Shown: in pieces, positions 60,851 through 64,000 of the stretch
Numbering within the stretch: position 1 is the stretch's first letter
Layout: the number at the start of each line of letters is the position of its first letter
NCBI RefSeq assembly: GCF_004010195.1
Contig: NC_057719.1
Location: 44,549,678 to 44,613,677, forward strand
Source: Chiloscyllium plagiosum
Taxonomy: Eukaryota
Direction of reading: 5' to 3'
DNA length: 64,000 nucleotides
Position numbers and translations under genes: made by a program
The notes under the pieces: generated by a model
Database searches by the model: none
The model's input: the letters and a program-made list of their open reading frames with translations, nothing else
What the model was told of the DNA's origin: nothing

Positions 60851-62134
60851 CAGACTCTGTCAATTGTTATAAAAACCCACCCAGTTCACTTATGTCTATA
60901 GGAAAGGACATCTGCCATGCTTACCTGGTCTGGCCTACATGTGATTCCAGACTGACAGGAATTATTGACTCTGGAAAATTAGCGATGGGTAATAAATGTT
61001 GGCCCAGACCCCCACATTCTATGAAAGAATAAAAACAAAATCTTTACAAATAGCACAATTTTATATCACATTGTATGTTAGTAATTAACTTCAATCATGC
61101 TAATGCACAAAGAATTATAAACAGCAGTTATTTGTATAACTCTTACCTCACTGTACTTTCATGGATTAATAATTTTAATCACACACCAAGATAATAAAAG
61201 GTGAAATACCTCACATCACAAAATATTTAACATGTCTATAAGTGTAAATGAAACAAAACTATATAACTAAAAATGGTAGTGAGTCAACAGATACTATAGG
61301 TCAAATAACTAGATAAACTATTTTTTGCTTTATACTTCTGATTTATGATGTTACAGCCTTATAACTGTTACCTCGATGCCTTTGTACAAGCACGTTGTAT
61401 CAAAAGGTCACACATCAAGAGCAGGCATTTCAACAATACTGATAAAAGTCAGATCATGTTGAAGCATCTTTCCAGCATGACATGAAACAGGTACTGAACA
61501 TTTATCTGTTACAAATCAGCTTTGATTGAATCCATGACAAGTCTATCTCAGCAATTAGGACAGCTGAAACTGGACACCTACTCAGATCTTGATTTCTCTT
61601 AGCAGGCATCCTCCTGCACATGTTGAGATGAATGAGAGATCTTCCCTCAATTCATTTTATTTGTAACAGATTCATTTTGCTGTTAGTGCTGCAGACTTCC
61701 TTTCTCAATTTGTTCATTTCATTGTGTTTGAGGTGTGGTAATAAAAGTGAACATAATTGGTAAGGAATATGTCATGTCTTCTGGTTCCCTTCAGCTAGAA
61801 ATAATCACACTTTGGAGTCTAAATGCTGGACTGTTGAATATATTTCTTGCTGCTTTTTGTGTGACTAATGGACTGATACATTATTATTCACCACATGACC
61901 ATAGTGCAACAGTGAGTATGGCACCTGCAATGTATATTCACTTAACAAATCATTCTCACCTTATCACAAATAATATATCAATATAAAATCCCTCCATTTC
62001 TTAAAAAAAAGCTTCTTTTTTATGTATATATTTTTATTGAAAAGTTTTTTTTTAAAAAAATTGCAACAAATCCAAAATAAGACAATTCAAAACAGTACAA
62101 AGAAAAAGCACAGAACTACGTTCATGTATAAATA

Positions 62135-62263
62135 TGTGTGTATATATACATATGTATATATATATATATATATAATAAGAAAAAAAGAAAAGAAAAGAAA
62201 AAGAAAAGAAAAGAAAACCAACAACTAACCACTAGCTAACTAATAAATAATAATAATAATAAT
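62135..62263. repeat. Compound microsatellite (TA)n-(AAAAG)n-(TAA)n
   Basis: Direct inspection. Confidence 0.9.
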
Positions 62264-62339
62264 ACAGCTCAGCAAGACAAAACAATAGCTCTCGACCATC
62301 GAGAGCATTAATTTATGCATATTCATATGTTCATAATTC

Positions 62340-63310
62340 TTTCTCTCTGGGTATTAGATTTATTACTCACAATCAGCATGGCTATATAAAAGCCCTTTAA
62401 AAAGCTTCTTTATCAGTATTATCGTTCCAATCATTAATTTTCAACTTATAAATATCTAACATAAAAAATGATATTTACAGCATGTTTCCTTTTCTTGAAA
62501 GTGTTGTGCTCGGTTGTGTGCCTCCATCTTGTAGATTTGGCATTCATTGCTCTCAGTGATGAGTTTGAACATAGCAAGGGTGATGTGTGTGTGTGTTGCA
62601 GCAGTCATGCTTGATGTTGCTGACATTGTGTCACTTGCTGGTGATGTTGTGAATGTTGCACTGTATGGCGATGATTCTGTTGATAATGACTGGCTTGTTA
62701 TAGTGATGTTGTTTGAAGGTCTTTGACACTTTTCCAACTCAGATGGTAGAATAAGAACTCTGTTCCTTCTCAATTGTTTACTGCGTTTGGTCTCAGTGAC
62801 GTTTGATCTTGGGGTCTCATCTTCAGCAGCTATCTGGGTTGGGCTGGATTTCAATTTTTCGTGATTTGATCCTATACATGTATAGTTTCAACAGCTCAGG
62901 CAGAGATATAACATGCTTGGCAGCATTGTCTTACACTTTCTTCAATTCAACAGCCATGAAGGCAATTTTGTATCAGCCTGGAGAGGTGCATGTTGTAATG
63001 ACAATAGGGCGCAGTTTGTACCTTCCTGTGACTCTCTGTGCATGTTGTTTTCACTGTCTGGACATGTGATGATGGGATGACGATGTTGAACCCCATATTG
63101 TTTGGTAAATCCTCTAAATTCTTTCAAAATGAACTGGTCTCCCATTGTCACATATTACTCTTCCAGGAATCCCTTGCTCTGGAAACAGAACCACTACTGC
63201 TGAGAAGATAGCTGTCAAATCTTACCTTTGGAATAAAAGGGAATTTTGAATATTAGATTTCAACTATGAAATACTATTTTTGATTGTGTGTGAATATACC
63301 AACTCAACAA
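62340..63310 (-). mobile_element. Decayed Gypsy-type integrase region
   Basis: Minus-strand YFIVEI.YSKFPF, GIPG, GDQFILKEFRGFTKQYGVQHRHP (rve core-like); downstream TKRSKQLRRNR-like C-terminal segment. Confidence 0.6.
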
Positions 63311-64000
63311 GCAACAATTAAAGGTTCAGTTGTTGATGATTTGGAGCTGAGGAACAGTTCAGCTGCAGTTTTGTTCGCAGCAAGAAGTTGATCGGTGTAT
63401 GGACTAGACAAGTTATCAATGATTGGTTCTTTTGTAACTGAACAGTTTTGAGCTGAGAGCATTTTAGAGAGAGGGAGAGAAAGCAGCATACAGTTCTTCT
63501 CCAGCTCAAGGTTGGTCTCTTTATTCTCTTTATTATAAGCAAACCTCACAGTAAACCTGAAGAAAATCAGTTTATCCTTTCTGCATCAATTGTTGCATGT
63601 TGTGAATTTCGAATGATAAATCAGAGTACTTTCACAAGCAAACCAGCCAACTTGTGTCTCTCACCAACTCGTGGAAGCATCTGGAGAATGATGACTGAAG
63701 CAATGTGCTGATCAGCAGAAGAATCATTAAGATCAGCTTAACAACAGAGCCTGAGAACAAAGACTACTGAACTGTCATTCCAGATTTTTCCCATTTACAC
63801 AGTCTGTTTCTCCGTCTATATTTATAAAGGAACAGATATTTTAATTTATAATGTTATATGCTGATGTTTTATAACTCTTAACCTGTAGTTAAAGTCTAAT
63901 TACTTGTAATAAATAGTAATCATTGTTCAACACAGAAATCTGGCCCATACTTTTTATTAATCTATGTCTGAACATCAAGTAAATTGGGGAACATTGCATC

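Noticed and set aside
63310..64000. LTR of the adjacent Gypsy integrase fragment
   Set aside because: Composition is LTR-like, but I could not fix termini, a PBS/PPT or a partner repeat within the window

Overview
Repeat-rich vertebrate genomic DNA. The SINE, CR1 and Penelope families point to a cartilaginous fish, probably a shark (inference). The only host gene I can support is TMX1 (thioredoxin-related transmembrane protein 1) on the + strand. It has 8 GT-AG coding exons from ATG 23228 to TGA 38790 (888 nt, 295 aa), with a signal peptide, a WCPAC active site, a TM helix and an acidic tail. Most of the rest is nested transposon debris: many CR1 LINE copies (one near full length in intron 4), tRNA-derived SINEs, L2-type fragments, a Tigger/pogo-like MITE, a deleted gamma/epsilon-type endogenous retrovirus (3' LTR, env, partial pol), a decayed Gypsy element with integrase upstream of RT (Gmr1-like order), and several Penelope-like elements (PLEs). 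The most interesting pattern is a dispersed set of PLE 3' termini carrying minimal type I hammerhead ribozyme cores (CUGANGA-stem II-GAAA-NNUC). They occur as tiny TSD-flanked insertions and as inverted hairpin pairs, two of them inside TMX1 intron 4. There is one 390-nt assembly gap (9835-10224). Repeat boundaries were set by eye and family names need a library search.
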